Assembly: GCA_017536635.1 (NCBI GenBank)
Contig: JAFXHA010000060.1
Location: 6,030 to 70,029, forward strand
Origin: Clostridia bacterium
GTDB taxonomy: Bacteria > Bacillota > Clostridia > Oscillospirales > CAG-272
DNA length: 64,000 bases
Reading direction: 5' to 3'
In this document: positions 27,673-36,262 of the stretch, one piece after another
How the letters are laid out: each line of letters starts with the position of its first letter
How positions within the stretch are numbered: position 1 is the stretch's first letter
Notes under the pieces: generated by a model
Database searches by the model: none
Told to the model about the DNA's origin: nothing
The model's input: only the letters and a program-made list of their open reading frames with translations
Translations under genes and position numbers: made by a program

Positions 27673-28323
27673 TTCAAGCACCTCGCCCGCCATTTCATCA
27701 CCGGGATTATTTGGCAGATCAGGCTTGATGATATAATCCTCTACCGAGCTTAGATCAGCATCGGGATTCATAATAACGTAGTAATGCGTTGTAGTAAGCG
27801 CCTCGCCCTCGTCGATAAATCTAAGCGCAACAGCAACGTCGCTTGAAACACCCGTTATCAAATAGATCTCCGCACGCAATTTTTCAGTTGATATCCATTC
27901 ATTACTACTATTTTTCCATCCGCCTATAACCGAAACGTCTGACAGCTTATCTCCGATCTTGCTCTCACTAATTACCTTTCCGCCCACGTAGGTTGAAAAG
28001 CTGCTTTCTTCAACTTGATAGAAATATCTCATTTCATATATCGCTTCGGTACCGCTATCTTCGTTGCCAATCGGCGCATTCGCGGAATTTTCCGCTTCGC
28101 TCTCACTATCTGAATCATCGGAAGATGAAATAACGGTATCATCGGGTTCAAGCATCATCGGCAAAAATACTGCCGTTGCCGCTATTATAACAGTCAGACA
28201 AGCAGCGATAGCTACCCATTTAATACTGACTTTTCTTTTTGCAGGAATTGAGCTCCTTTCTGATCCGACTATCAGATCATCGTCAATATGATCTATGGCG
28301 TTAGTAATTCTCGGTATTTTCAT
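27670..28323 (-). CDS. putative membrane-anchored anti-sigma factor (no zinc-binding anti-sigma motif)
   Basis: 217 aa. Its ATG overlaps the sigma gene stop (ATGA) and it has an SD GGAGGGTG. The N-terminus is NAIDHIDDDLIV, followed by one TM and an extracytoplasmic domain with a Ser/Asp/Glu linker. Confidence 0.6.
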   Translation of the reverse strand: MKIPRITNAIDHIDDDLIVGSERSSIPAKRKVSIKWVAIAACLTVIIAATAVFLPMMLEPDDTVISSSDDSDSESEAENSANAPIGNEDSGTEAIYEMRYFYQVEESSFSTYVGGKVISESKIGDKLSDVSVIGGWKNSSNEWISTEKLRAEIYLITGVSSDVAVALRFIDEGEALTTTHYYVIMNPDADLSSVEDYIIKPDLPNNPGDEMAGEVLE

Positions 28324-28874
28324 ATTTCAACACCCTCCCTTATTAAGTGTTCTTTAAGTTTATTTCGGGTGTGATACAGCATATTCTTGACCTTACTTTC
28401 GGTAAAGCCGTAGCGCTTGGATATTCCAGCGATCGAATCAAAGAAATAGTACTTACGTATAAACACGTTGCGAGCATCCTCTTTTTCATTTTTCAAAAAG
28501 TCGCTGATAGCTTTTCCAATATCTTCATCGCTAACGCCCTCCGCTATCCTTTCGTCCGACAAGACCTCTGAGAGCTCGTCAAGAGAAACAAGCGTCGCCT
28601 GTGAGCGTTTCTGTCGCGCCATCGATTCAATGCGTTTGAGCGAAAGATTTCGTGTGATCCTGCACACGAAAGCCATAAGATTATTGGGGCGTGTGGGTGG
28701 TATCGCGTTCCATACGCCAATATAGGTATCGTTAACGCACTCCTCCGAGTCCTCGTTATTATTCAAAATGTTATAAGCTATGCTATGACAGAGTCTGCCG
28801 TATTTGGCATCAGTCTCCTTTAACGCCTGTTCATCACGTGCAAAATACAATTCTATGATACCAAGATCATCCAA
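28320..28874 (-). CDS. sigma-70 family (ECF-like, regions 2 and 4) RNA polymerase sigma factor
   Basis: 184 aa with a TTG start and SD GGAGGTG. Region 2 includes EDSEECVNDTYIGVWNAIP; a region 4 HTH lies near the C-terminus. Confidence 0.85.
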   Translation of the reverse strand: MDDLGIIELYFARDEQALKETDAKYGRLCHSIAYNILNNNEDSEECVNDTYIGVWNAIPPTRPNNLMAFVCRITRNLSLKRIESMARQKRSQATLVSLDELSEVLSDERIAEGVSDEDIGKAISDFLKNEKEDARNVFIRKYYFFDSIAGISKRYGFTESKVKNMLYHTRNKLKEHLIREGVEI

Positions 28875-28976
28875 TGCTGTTCACCTCCTCGGATATGCCG
28901 AAAGCGCTTTCACACTATAAGTACGTTTTTTTCGGTATTGGTCGCAAGATTTTCCAAATATTTTTAAATATTTTTA

Positions 28977-29000
28977 AGCCCTCGCCAAAGAGCGAGGGCT
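28977..29000 (-). terminator. hairpin after GntR-ABC operon
   Basis: Stem AGCCCTCGC/GCGAGGGCT with a 6-nt loop, 7 nt downstream of the permease stop. The U-tract is weak. Confidence 0.6.
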
Positions 29001-29006
29001 TGTATA

Positions 29007-29633
29007 TTAAAGCTCCCTTTTTTTATAAAAAACAATTGACATATACCAGGAGAGCGCGTATATTCCAATGCCAACAAGGCAGATAATGGGCAAAATACCG
29101 TTCATTTTGATTTCCGCCTGAAATCCTACTGATAGCAGATTCGATCCTATAATGCTGCCGGCACAAACAACACCTACCATAAAATAATAAGCCATTCTTC
29201 CTTTTTCCACTCCAAGCTTAAACATAAACGGCAGCGTGATAGAAGAGGCAAGAAGCGACATAATAAGCAAAAGCATCATAAGAACAAGATATTCTCCAAG
29301 TATGAATGTGCCGCCAATGCTCATCCGTATTGCCTGCGCGATTCCGACAACTAATATCATAAATATTTGTGTACCAAGTCCTATTAAATATTTACCGCTG
29401 ACGATCTGAGATTTCGTATATGGCATTGTTTCGCTATATTGCAGCCATCTGCTTCTCTCGTCATATCCGAGCAAATTGACCGGTATCATACCGCAAAGCA
29501 TACAAGGATAAAAGATAAAAAACAAATTATTAGTTCCTACAAAGGATACGGCAATAAATATGATTACAAGAAAAAGATAGCTTTTGCAATATTTTTTCAT
29601 CATATATAAATCCTTCAAAATAAGGCCCTTCAT
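29007..29633 (-). CDS. ABC-2-type transporter permease
   Basis: 208 aa with 6 TM helices. It lies immediately downstream of the ABC ATPase (1-nt gap). Confidence 0.8.
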   Translation of the reverse strand: MKGLILKDLYMMKKYCKSYLFLVIIFIAVSFVGTNNLFFIFYPCMLCGMIPVNLLGYDERSRWLQYSETMPYTKSQIVSGKYLIGLGTQIFMILVVGIAQAIRMSIGGTFILGEYLVLMMLLLIMSLLASSITLPFMFKLGVEKGRMAYYFMVGVVCAGSIIGSNLLSVGFQAEIKMNGILPIICLVGIGIYALSWYMSIVFYKKREL

Positions 29634-29634
29634 A

Positions 29635-30477
29635 TCATTTTTCCTCCTTTACCATAAATACGAACAGTTCCTCAATGCTTATCGGGCTTAACTTAAAGCC
29701 ATCGGGTACATCCTTACGCGATACGATGATCTCGGCACCGTAAGGCGTTTCTTTTTTGTATTTTACAACTTCCTTACCAAGCTCCGAAAGTTGTTCTACC
29801 GTACAGTGAATGATGCCGTACTCGGAGATCAGTTCGTCTTTTTCCTCGCAAAGTAAGAGCTTGCCCTTATGCAAAAACGCCACGTAGTCGCAAAGCTTTT
29901 CAAGATCGCTGACAATGTGCGAGGATATGAGGATAGAGTGATCTTCATCTCTTGTAAAATCGTAGAACATATCCACGACCTCATCGCGAACAACCGGATC
30001 AAGTCCGTTTGTGGGCTCATCGAGGAGCAAAAGCTTTGCGCCGTGCGACATTGCAATAGCAATACCGAGCTTCATTTTCATACCGCGAGAAAAGCCCTTA
30101 AACGGCTTGTTGTCGGGCAAAGAGAGCTTTTGAACAAGACGGGTATATTCCGCATCGTTCCAATTTTGAAAGGTATGTCTCATAACCTTTCCAACCTGCT
30201 TTACCGTAAGGCATTCGGGAATGCCCACCTCGTCCATTACGACACCAATATCCTCTTTGATAAGCGAGATATCCTTTCCGTTATCACGGCCGAGTATCGT
30301 GATCGTTCCGCTATCCTTATGAAGCATATCCAAAATGAGCTTTATCGTAGTGCTTTTACCTGCTCCGTTTTCACCGACAAGTCCCATAATGCAGCCGCTT
30401 GGCAAAGTAAAGCTTACGTTATTTAAAGAAAATCCCAAAAAGGACTTATTCAAATTTTTAATTTCAAGTGCGTTCAT
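29635..30477 (-). CDS. ABC transporter ATP-binding protein
   Basis: 280 aa with motifs GENGAGKSTT, FSRGMKMKLGIAIA and LLLDEPTNGLD. Confidence 0.92.
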   Translation of the reverse strand: MNALEIKNLNKSFLGFSLNNVSFTLPSGCIMGLVGENGAGKSTTIKLILDMLHKDSGTITILGRDNGKDISLIKEDIGVVMDEVGIPECLTVKQVGKVMRHTFQNWNDAEYTRLVQKLSLPDNKPFKGFSRGMKMKLGIAIAMSHGAKLLLLDEPTNGLDPVVRDEVVDMFYDFTRDEDHSILISSHIVSDLEKLCDYVAFLHKGKLLLCEEKDELISEYGIIHCTVEQLSELGKEVVKYKKETPYGAEIIVSRKDVPDGFKLSPISIEELFVFMVKEEK

Positions 30478-30851
30478 TCTTGTTCCTCCATTTCGAAAGT
30501 AACCATTTGGATAATATCGTCGCGGCTCAGATTGCAGGACGCGGCGAGCTTTGCTATCTGCTCGATATGATCCTCGATCTTTTTCAGATTTTCCTCGCGC
30601 AAAAGCTCAACGTTTTTGGGAGCGACGTAACAGCCCTTTGCAGGAAGCGTATATATAAAGCCTTCCTTTTCAAGCTCCTCATATGCGCGTTTGGTCGTTA
30701 TAAAGCTTATACGCAGATCCTTGGCAAGTCCTCGGATAGACGGAAGCATCTCGTCCTCTTTAAGCTCACCGCCTATGATCTGGTTTTTTATTTGGGAATA
30801 TATCTGATTGTATATCGGTTCACCGCTTTTATTGTCGATTAAAATATTCAC
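30474..30851 (-). CDS. GntR-family (YtrA-subfamily-size) transcriptional regulator
   Basis: 125 aa with a GTG start. Winged HTH is LPSIRGLAKDLRISFITTKRAYEELEKEGFI. Its stop overlaps the ATPase start by 4 nt. Confidence 0.88.
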   Translation of the reverse strand: MNILIDNKSGEPIYNQIYSQIKNQIIGGELKEDEMLPSIRGLAKDLRISFITTKRAYEELEKEGFIYTLPAKGCYVAPKNVELLREENLKKIEDHIEQIAKLAASCNLSRDDIIQMVTFEMEEQE

Positions 30852-30869
30852 GCCATCACCTCTGTTAAA

Positions 30870-30911
30870 ACTGTATATACATATTATACACAGTTATGCC
30901 GTGTATGTCAA
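30870..30911 (-). promoter_or_regulatory. perfect consensus sigma-A promoter with overlapping inverted repeat (candidate GntR operator)
   Basis: Minus strand has TTGACA at 30906-30911 and TATAAT at 30883-30888 (17-nt spacer). The inverted repeat ACTGTATATA-N5-TATACACAGT (9/10 complementary) at 30870-30894 covers the -10 and start region. Confidence 0.65.
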
Positions 30912-30936
30912 GAGTTTTTTAAAATATAAATTCATA

Positions 30937-30968
30937 AAAAATCTCTCGCTATTTCAGCGAGAGATTTT
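30937..30968 (-). terminator. intrinsic terminator downstream of tadA
   Basis: 13-bp stem AAAATCTCTCGCT/AGCGAGAGATTTT with a 5-nt loop. Confidence 0.75.
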
Positions 30969-31050
30969 CTAAATATTCATATTATCCAATACACGATCAT
31001 CACCGAGCACACCGAGCCGAGCACGACATAAGTAATCTTTTAATGCTTGT

Positions 31051-31575
31051 TTATTCATTCTCTTCGGTCTCGGATCTTTGCTTTTTTTCTTTTTCTTCCT
31101 TTTGCTGTCTGCGCCGTGTCTCGAAGAATGTACGCAAAAGCTGCTTGCTCTCATCCTCTCTGACCCCGCCTTGAACCTCGAAGGTATGGTTAAAATGATA
31201 GCTTTGCAGATCAACGAGCGTTCCGCAGCAGCCTGCGACAAGGTCAGGACAGCCAAAGACAACACGCTCGATCCTCGAATTGATTATAGCGCCCGTGCAC
31301 ATTGGGCAGGGCTCCATAGTAACGTAAAGCGTGCATCTTGGAAGTCTCCAGCCGCCGAGAGCCTTGCAAGCCGCCTCGATAGCAAGTATCTCGGCGTGTG
31401 CCGTTGCCATTTTATCGGTCTCGCGACGGTTGTATCCGCGTGCGATGATCTCACCGTCACGCACGACCACAGCTCCCACCGGGACCTCTCCCTGCTCTGC
31501 CGCGATCGCGGCGAGTCTGAGAGCTTCGTCCATAAAAGTGAGATCCATCTCGTTATTATTTTCTGTAATAGACAT
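31051..31575 (-). CDS. tadA: tRNA adenosine(34) deaminase
   Basis: CDA motifs are HAEILAI and MEPCPMCTGAI. It has a Lys/Glu-rich C-terminal tail. The start is uncertain (31575, 31548 or 31533; none has a good SD). Confidence 0.9.
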   Translation of the reverse strand: MSITENNNEMDLTFMDEALRLAAIAAEQGEVPVGAVVVRDGEIIARGYNRRETDKMATAHAEILAIEAACKALGGWRLPRCTLYVTMEPCPMCTGAIINSRIERVVFGCPDLVAGCCGTLVDLQSYHFNHTFEVQGGVREDESKQLLRTFFETRRRQQKEEKEKKQRSETEENE

Positions 31576-31891
31576 AATAAGCTATGACCGTTCTTTCCAC
31601 GCCGCCACTCTCAAGGTCGGGCCCCGTGAGCACCACTCCGTCGCGCGACAGCAGCTCCCAGATCTGAAGCTCGTCTATCTTACAACGGAAAAGCACCTTT
31701 GCAGATGCGTAAACGATAAACTCGTCGTTACGGATATTGAGTCCACCGTTACGTCCAATGACCTCGTCGACGTCGTTTTTCTTTTCTGTAACGTATTTTA
31801 TATGCTGGCCGCATACTGCATACGCCATATCTCTTTTGAATTTTTTGCTATCGGGATTTTTGCTTTTGGTAAGTCTTTTAAACAGTCCCAT
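31556..31891 (-). CDS. hypothetical small protein
   Basis: 111 aa. The ORF overlaps the longest tadA start by 20 nt. I recognise no motif; codon usage resembles the neighbours. Confidence 0.6.
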   Translation of the reverse strand: MGLFKRLTKSKNPDSKKFKRDMAYAVCGQHIKYVTEKKNDVDEVIGRNGGLNIRNDEFIVYASAKVLFRCKIDELQIWELLSRDGVVLTGPDLESGGVERTVIAYYVYYRK

Positions 31892-31895
31892 AAGA

Positions 31896-33785
31896 TCACC
31901 TCAAAATAACTACGCTCTGAGCAGGCACGAACCCGCCAAATTTTTCGCACGTGAGCAGATCTACGCCCTCGCGCTCAAATCTTTGGGGCGCGATGCCAAC
32001 GTTTAGAGCGACGGTTATCCTTTCGCCGTTTTTCGTTCTCGAATACGCCATAAACGCGCCTGACGCGCACTCTATCGCGAAATCTCCGTCGGCAAAGACG
32101 TCATACTGCGCGCGAATAGCACCGAGCTTTTTATAAAAGTCAAGTATATCCATATCCTCTCTGCCCCACGGAAAAGGCTTGCGACAGAAGGGATCGTGAT
32201 ATCCCTCAAGTCCAACCTCGTCTCCGTAAAAGACCGAAGGAACTCCGTAGACCGTATACTGAACCGCGGCGGCGATTTTAAGCAGCTTGACCGCGCGCGC
32301 TCTTTGAGCGTCGGTAAGCTTTCTTGTTGCAAGCTCGTCGTTTGAGAAGCCGTCCATATTCTCGCTTCCCTCACCGAGCACGGTTATTATTCTTTGCGTA
32401 TCGTGCGTGCCGAGCAGATTCATAAGTCCGTCGCAAACGCACTTGGGGTAAGATGCGTATATCGCCTTGAGTGTATCGGCAAGCAGTGCCGTGTCCTTAT
32501 CGAGCAGCAGCGAAAGTATTCCGTTTCTCAGCGGGTAGTTCATCACGCTGTCAAGCTGATCTCCGCGCAGATATCTGCGTCGGCGGTTATAGGATATCTT
32601 CTCCGCGGCGTTCTCCCAGACCTCTCCGATGATCATAGCCTCTCCGTCAGACGCTGCCTTGACGGTCTCGCGCATCTCGTCGAGAAAGTTATCGGGAAGC
32701 TCGTCTACTACGTCAAGTCGCCAACCGCCGATACCCATTTTTACGTATTTTTCGGTAACGCCGCCCTTATCGGTAAAGAATTTACGGCAGCTATCGTTAG
32801 AATGGTTGAGCTTGGGAAGTATCTTGATTCCCCACCAATCCTCGTACTCATCGGGATAGCGACGGAATCTGAACCAATCGACAAAGGGTGAGCTCGGGTC
32901 GCTATATGCGCCATGACCGCCGTAGTTGCCGTATTTGTCAAAATACAAGCTATCGTCGCCAGTGTGATTGAAAACTCCGTCAAGTATTATCTTTATTCCG
33001 TATTCGTCGGCGCGCTTTATAAGGTTCTCAAACGCCTCGTCTCCACCGAACATTCCGTCTACCTCAAGATAATTTCCCGTATCGTATTTATGGTTGGAAT
33101 ACGCCTTGAATATCGGGCAGAGGTATATAACGCCGACGCCGAGCTCCTTCAGATACGGCAGCTTCTGTGCCACTCCCCAGAGATTTCCGCCGAAGAACAT
33201 ATTATTTTTAAGCGCATCACCGCTCTTTTTAGGATACTGCGGAATACCGTTATCCCAATCCTCATTCATAACAACGTCGTCGCGGCTCTCGACCTTGCCC
33301 TCTCCCTTAAAGAATCGGTCGACGAAGATCTGGTACATTACCTTCCCGCGAAACCAGGCGGGCGTGGTATAATCCTTTTTATAAACGAGCATCAGGAATC
33401 TTCCCTCGGAATGCGAGGAGAGCTCAAAGTCCACGTAATTATACGTATTTGTAAAGAGGGTGTCATATCCGCGAAGGAAAAGTATCTCGTAATAAAAAAG
33501 ACCGTCTTTCTCAGGGCCGCACAGCGCCGCGGTATCAAGCTCAAGGCTATAAGTATCCACACCGAGCTCGCTGTCCGTAAATGAAAAAGGATAGTCTCTG
33601 TCCTCGCCACCGTCTTTACAAATACGCAGAACTACCGCCGAAGCGCCGAACTCTCTCGGCGCCTCGACGGTAAAGCATACGACGTCGCCGAAGGCGAACG
33701 CACCGATGTTCGTTACGTCCTTGCCTTCGCGCGTCTTTTTGATTATAGGATTTTTCGTCAGTGAATCGTTTATCTTACTTAACAT
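31896..33785 (-). CDS. GH13 alpha-glucan hydrolase (neopullulanase/alpha-amylase-like) with N-terminal domain
   Basis: 629 aa with GH13 regions DGVFNHTG, GGWRLDVVDE, IIGEVWE and LGTHD. Confidence 0.9.
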   Translation of the reverse strand: MLSKINDSLTKNPIIKKTREGKDVTNIGAFAFGDVVCFTVEAPREFGASAVVLRICKDGGEDRDYPFSFTDSELGVDTYSLELDTAALCGPEKDGLFYYEILFLRGYDTLFTNTYNYVDFELSSHSEGRFLMLVYKKDYTTPAWFRGKVMYQIFVDRFFKGEGKVESRDDVVMNEDWDNGIPQYPKKSGDALKNNMFFGGNLWGVAQKLPYLKELGVGVIYLCPIFKAYSNHKYDTGNYLEVDGMFGGDEAFENLIKRADEYGIKIILDGVFNHTGDDSLYFDKYGNYGGHGAYSDPSSPFVDWFRFRRYPDEYEDWWGIKILPKLNHSNDSCRKFFTDKGGVTEKYVKMGIGGWRLDVVDELPDNFLDEMRETVKAASDGEAMIIGEVWENAAEKISYNRRRRYLRGDQLDSVMNYPLRNGILSLLLDKDTALLADTLKAIYASYPKCVCDGLMNLLGTHDTQRIITVLGEGSENMDGFSNDELATRKLTDAQRARAVKLLKIAAAVQYTVYGVPSVFYGDEVGLEGYHDPFCRKPFPWGREDMDILDFYKKLGAIRAQYDVFADGDFAIECASGAFMAYSRTKNGERITVALNVGIAPQRFEREGVDLLTCEKFGGFVPAQSVVILR

Positions 33786-36229
33786 TATTTCTTAATCTTT
33801 TTATCCTGTACCAATCTGTTAATATGCCAGATATCTCTTGCGTAATCGTTGATGGAACGGTCAGCCGCAAAGTAGCCTGCCGCCGCGATATTCATAAGAG
33901 ACATTCTGTTCCATTTGTCCTTGTTCTGATAGTCCTCGATAACTCTTGCGTGAGTTGTGCGATAGGACTCGAAATCTGCAAGGCACATATAGGGATCCGC
34001 TACTCCGGGACCTGCGATAAGGTAATTTGCGATATCCGAGAAGGATTCACCTGCAAAGCCGAAATTGAGCTGGTTGATTATACGGCGCAATCTCTCGTTG
34101 TTTGCGTAATACTCTGCGCAGTTATATCCCTTTACCCAGAGATCCTCTACCTCACGGCTGGTAAGACCGAAGATATACATATTATCCTCGCCTGCTGCCG
34201 CGAGCATCTCGACGTTTGCTCCGTCAAGCGTACCTATGGTAAGTGCGCCGTTTATCATAAGCTTCATACAGCCCGTACCGCTCGCCTCTTTACCTGCAAG
34301 GGATATCTGCTCGGAAAGCTCTGCCGCGGGAATAAGAGCCTCGGCAAGACTTACGTTATAGTTTTCAAGGAATACGACCGCAAGCTTCTTGCTTACAACT
34401 GGATCGTTTGCGATCTCCTTACCAAGCGCGCAGATGAGCTTGATTATCTGCTTTGCCATATGATATCCGGGAGCTGCCTTTGCCGCAAAGATAAAGGTCT
34501 GAGGCTGGAAATTCTTATTAGGATTATCCTTGATATCAAGATAAAGTCCGATGATATTGAGCACGTTGAGCAGCTGTCTCTTGTACTCGTGGAGACGCTT
34601 TATATGCACGTCGTAGAAGGAATGCGTATCGATGAGCGTTCCCGTCTGCTTATAAAGTCGGTTGGAGAATGCGATCTTATTATTATGCTTGATATCGCGA
34701 AGCTCTGCGAGCACCTGTGCGTCATCCGCATACTTTCTGAGGTCTGCGAGCTTTTCGGGCGCGTGTCTGTACTCGGGTCCGATATACTTATCCAGAGCAC
34801 CTGCGAGATTGGGGTTGGAATAGCAGAGCCAACGGCGATGTGCGATTCCGTTCGTTACGTTGCAGAAGCGCTCGGGATACATATCGTGGAAGTCCTTGAA
34901 TACCGATTTGGTAAGGATATCCGAGTGGAGCTTGGAAACTCCGTTGATCGAATGACAGCCTATAACGCAGAGGTTTGCCATACGGATCTGACCGTAGCTG
35001 ATGATACTCATCTTTGCTATCTTGTTCCAGTTACCCGTATAAGCCGCCCAAGCGTCGCGGCAGAAGCGCTCGTTGATCTCCTTGATGATCATATACATTC
35101 TGGGCAGGCGGAGCTTGAAAAGATCCTCGTTCCAGGTCTCAAGCGCCTCGGGCATTACCGTATGGTTGGTATAAGAGCATACCTTGGTAACGATATCCCA
35201 AGCCTTTTCCCAGGAGTATCCGTTTTCGTCGATGAGTATTCTCATAAACTCGGGAATACAAAGTGCGGGGTGCGTGTCGTTGATATGGACTGCTACCTTA
35301 TCGGCAAGGTTATCGAGCGTGCCATAAACCGCGAGGTGATCGCGAATGATGCTCTGGCAGGATGCGGAGACCATAAAATACTGCTGTGTAAGACGAAGCA
35401 GCTTACCGTCCATGTGGTTATCCGAAGGATAAAGCACCTTGGAGATGATCTCTGCGTTTGTGCTCTGAGCAACGGCTCTTGCGTACTGACCCTGATTGAA
35501 AAGGCCCATATTAAAGGTGCTTATATCTCTTGCCTTCCAAAGACGGAGCTGGCTGACTGCCTGGCTATCCGCTCCCGATATCATCATATCGTAAGGAACT
35601 GCCTCTATCTCCTCACAGTCCTCGTAAATTATCTCAAGTCTGTTGTCGGTCCACTGCTCCTTGACACGTCCGCCGAGCTTTACGCGATAGATACGGTCAG
35701 TTCTCGGAACCAGCCATACCTCTCCGCCAGGAAGCCAGATATCAGGAAGCTCGACCTGCATTCCATCGACTATTTTCTGCTTAAAAAGACCGTACTCGTA
35801 ACAGATCGAGAATCCCGTAGCGGGATAGTCGAGAGATGCGAGAGAGTCCATAAAGCAAGCCGCAAGTCTGCCAAGTCCGCCGTTTCCAAGTCCTGCATCG
35901 GGCTCGCATTCATAAAGATCATCGAGCTCGAATCCAAGGTTTTTCAGCGCGTCGGCATACTCTGTAGCCATACCGAGATTGTTGATGTTAGTCTTAAGCG
36001 AGCGACCGAGCAAAAACTCGATACACATATAATACACTCTTTTAGCTCCCGCCTGATTTACGGTCTGTTTGAACTCACCTCTCTGCTCGGTAAGTATATC
36101 TCTTACCGTCATAGAGACTGCCTTATACATCTGCTCGCGGGTAGCCTCCTCGGGTGTGCATCCGAAATATCTCGAAAGCTTCATTTCAATATTTTCTTTA
36201 ACTTGTGCCTCTTTGGGTTTGAACGCCAT
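33785..36229 (-). CDS. glgP: glycogen/maltodextrin phosphorylase
   Basis: 814 aa with a PLP-site region EASGTGCMKLMINGALTIGTLDGANVE. Its stop shares 1 nt with the GH13 start (TAATG). Confidence 0.97.
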   Translation of the reverse strand: MAFKPKEAQVKENIEMKLSRYFGCTPEEATREQMYKAVSMTVRDILTEQRGEFKQTVNQAGAKRVYYMCIEFLLGRSLKTNINNLGMATEYADALKNLGFELDDLYECEPDAGLGNGGLGRLAACFMDSLASLDYPATGFSICYEYGLFKQKIVDGMQVELPDIWLPGGEVWLVPRTDRIYRVKLGGRVKEQWTDNRLEIIYEDCEEIEAVPYDMMISGADSQAVSQLRLWKARDISTFNMGLFNQGQYARAVAQSTNAEIISKVLYPSDNHMDGKLLRLTQQYFMVSASCQSIIRDHLAVYGTLDNLADKVAVHINDTHPALCIPEFMRILIDENGYSWEKAWDIVTKVCSYTNHTVMPEALETWNEDLFKLRLPRMYMIIKEINERFCRDAWAAYTGNWNKIAKMSIISYGQIRMANLCVIGCHSINGVSKLHSDILTKSVFKDFHDMYPERFCNVTNGIAHRRWLCYSNPNLAGALDKYIGPEYRHAPEKLADLRKYADDAQVLAELRDIKHNNKIAFSNRLYKQTGTLIDTHSFYDVHIKRLHEYKRQLLNVLNIIGLYLDIKDNPNKNFQPQTFIFAAKAAPGYHMAKQIIKLICALGKEIANDPVVSKKLAVVFLENYNVSLAEALIPAAELSEQISLAGKEASGTGCMKLMINGALTIGTLDGANVEMLAAAGEDNMYIFGLTSREVEDLWVKGYNCAEYYANNERLRRIINQLNFGFAGESFSDIANYLIAGPGVADPYMCLADFESYRTTHARVIEDYQNKDKWNRMSLMNIAAAGYFAADRSINDYARDIWHINRLVQDKKIKK

Positions 36230-36262
36230 GGTAATTGTTTTTTCCTTTCAATGATTGCTGTC

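Noticed and set aside
28890-28960. Possible ECF-type autoregulated promoter (GACC...CGTA) upstream of the sigma gene
   Set aside because: The spacing and motifs match ECF consensus only loosely, so I could not support it from sequence alone.
30969-31265. 98-aa minus-strand ORF overlapping the tadA 3' end in another frame
   Set aside because: It overlaps the conserved deaminase gene, has an Arg/Lys-rich translation derived from the tadA tail, and has no independent signals.
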